This document shows, piece by piece, positions 62,145-64,000 of a DNA stretch of 64,000 bases. The notes under the pieces were generated by a model. That model saw nothing but the letters and a program-made list of their open reading frames with translations, did no database searches and was not told the DNA's origin. The translations under genes and the position numbers were made by a program. The stretch spans positions 9,362,001 through 9,426,000 of the forward strand of contig NC_058368.1 of the NCBI RefSeq assembly GCF_018350175.1, written 5' to 3'. The stretch is from Felis catus. Taxonomy: Eukaryota. Position 1 is the stretch's first letter. Each line of letters begins with the position of its first letter.

Positions 62145-63049
62145 ACCTACGCGGGCCAATCACAGCCCTTCCTTGGGATGTTTCTAACTATTAGTAGTGT
62201 GGGACGTGCCGTCCATATCTATGACCAGCCCCATTGGTGCTCACCAGCAGGTGCACCCATACCCTACCCATTGCAGGTGCTTCTCCGAAGGCTTGCACCC
62301 ATGACTTCAGGAGACTTGCCTTGGCTGGTGGCAGGCCCTTGACCTGAGACCCCCCCGGTGAGTCCATGGCCCACCCTCGGAGGGTGATGACTCAAAGACA
62401 GACAGCCTGAGTTTGGGGACTGGCTCCATCACTTACTAGCTCTTTGACTTTGGACAGGCTACTTTAACACCTCTGTGCTCGGACATCCTGAGTTATGAAT
62501 TTGAGCTAAAAGCGATGAACTCGGAGCGTAGCACGGAGGAGAACTCAACAAATGGTAGTGTTATGTCATAGCTTATTTTTATCATTATAAAATCCCATAG
62601 GATGACATCGGGAATCGGAGGTGTTTGGGGTATAAAGTACAAGTCTCTGCGGAAGGAGAAGAACCCTCCTCAAATGTGTGAAGAGAGAGCAAGTGAGAGA
62701 GAAATTAGACACCTGTAGACAGTTACTGGAAAGCAAACTACCTAGACCCAAGGGTGGAAGTTACAAGGAGGCAGGGATCACCCAAGTATACCCAGCAATG
62801 CAGTAGGCTTGCGCAAGAGACAAGGAGGGAAAAGAAAGTGGTGAGGACCTCCCAGCTCCCGGAAGTGTTTAAGCAGAGATTGAGTTGAGCCATTTCCAAC
62901 TAGAGAAGTAGGCCAACCTTTGATATCTCTTCTAGTTTAAATAACTTAAGATCCCTTAACCAGCTCTAGAATCTTAGGTTGCTTAAAGTTAACTCTAAGT
63001 GGCCACCTATATTAACTTTGTGTTTTGCTTGCTAACAAAAAATAATTTA

Positions 63050-63575
63050 AGGAAACTCAGTAATTGGGTAAGCATACCAAGATAGGTATACAAATGTATA
63101 GTAATACCTCAGCATTATTTATACTATGTAATGGGAATAACCCAAATATCTATCAAGAGGGGATTGGTTAAATAAATTATACCTGTCTGTCTTGGTACAT
63201 TCATAAAGCAGACTGATCCATTGCCGTTAAACGTGATACGGCTACACATGAAAAATGATTTTGTAGATCCAGGGTGATGTCTACAACGTTTAACAACGGG
63301 GAGGACGGAAGTGCTGACCAAGCAGAACAGATCCAGCCGCAGTCAGAGAGCTCTGCCAGAACGTACCAGCAGAGTTATCCGTCCCGTGTAAGATCTGCGA
63401 CTTCCATGCAAGGTCAGGTACAGACCATATGTACATAAAGGGGCATCTGGAAGGATGGGCACCAACATCATCAGTGGGGGTGAGACTTGGGATGATTTTT
63501 TAAACTTTCTCCTTTACGTTTCCTGTATTGCTTGAATTTTCAAAATGAGCATACTGTGTTTGGATTTTAAAAATC
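63050..63575 (+). mobile_element. ancient L1ME-like fragments
   Basis: cagcattattt...aataacccaaatatctatcaagagggga ttggttaaataaattat; cttgaatttttcaaaatgagcatac. Confidence 0.5.
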
Positions 63576-63862
63576 AAGTGTTCCTTTACAGAATGAAGGT
63601 AAATCAATGGAGGACCCTCCTTCAGAGCATAGTAAGGAGTCCGAATCTTTCTCCTGCTTCCTGCTTTCCACACTCCTGCTGGGTACCCTCTAGCATTAGG
63701 GGCTGCAGTGGAGGATGCTGTGGTCCCGGCCACGGGACCCTGGAGGATGTACTGATGTTGTCTGTGCCTCAGTTTCCCGTCTGTAAAATTGAGGTGATTT
63801 ATTTAGACTGAATGGTCTTTCAGCTTTGTGGCTTATAAAATTTGCATAAAATACCCTTAACC

Positions 63863-64000
63863 ATTTTTTAAAGAAGTTTTTTAAAGTTTGTTTATTTATT
63901 TTGAGAGAGAGAGAGAGCGCGCAGGGGAGGGGCAGAGAGAAAGGAGAGGAGAGGGAGAGAATCCCAAGCAGGCTCCACGCCGTCAGCACAGAGCCTGACG
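63863..64000 (-). mobile_element. Can-SINE, cut by window end
   Basis: gtttatttattttgagagagagag...gaatcccaagcaggctccacgccgtcagcacagagcctgacg. Confidence 0.93.

Overview
Mammalian, felid (cat-lineage) genomic DNA, identified by about 29 tRNA-derived Can-SINEs, including eight near-consensus copies of the young SINEC_Fc type. I found no protein-coding gene: the long ORFs come from a CpG island, an ERVL LTR, SINEs or an L1 ORF2 C-terminus. The window looks intergenic or deep-intronic and is dense in repeats: SINEs, L1 (feline and older), L2, MIR, MaLR/ERVL solo LTRs, a MER21-type LTR and hAT elements (MER5, Charlie, Arthur). The best-supported non-routine features are a near-full-length processed 7SK pseudogene (minus strand, ~4055-4393), an orphan CpG island (~55.1-55.9 kb) flanked by a CTCF-like motif and a candidate 42-nt minus-strand exon, a switch in SINE orientation at ~38.9 kb centred on a closely spaced inverted pair (one member tailless), a template-switch hairpin in an L2 end, and a perfect 42-bp tandem duplication. 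Repeat family names were assigned from memory of consensus sequences and boundaries are approximate. I see no evidence of a novel coding system.
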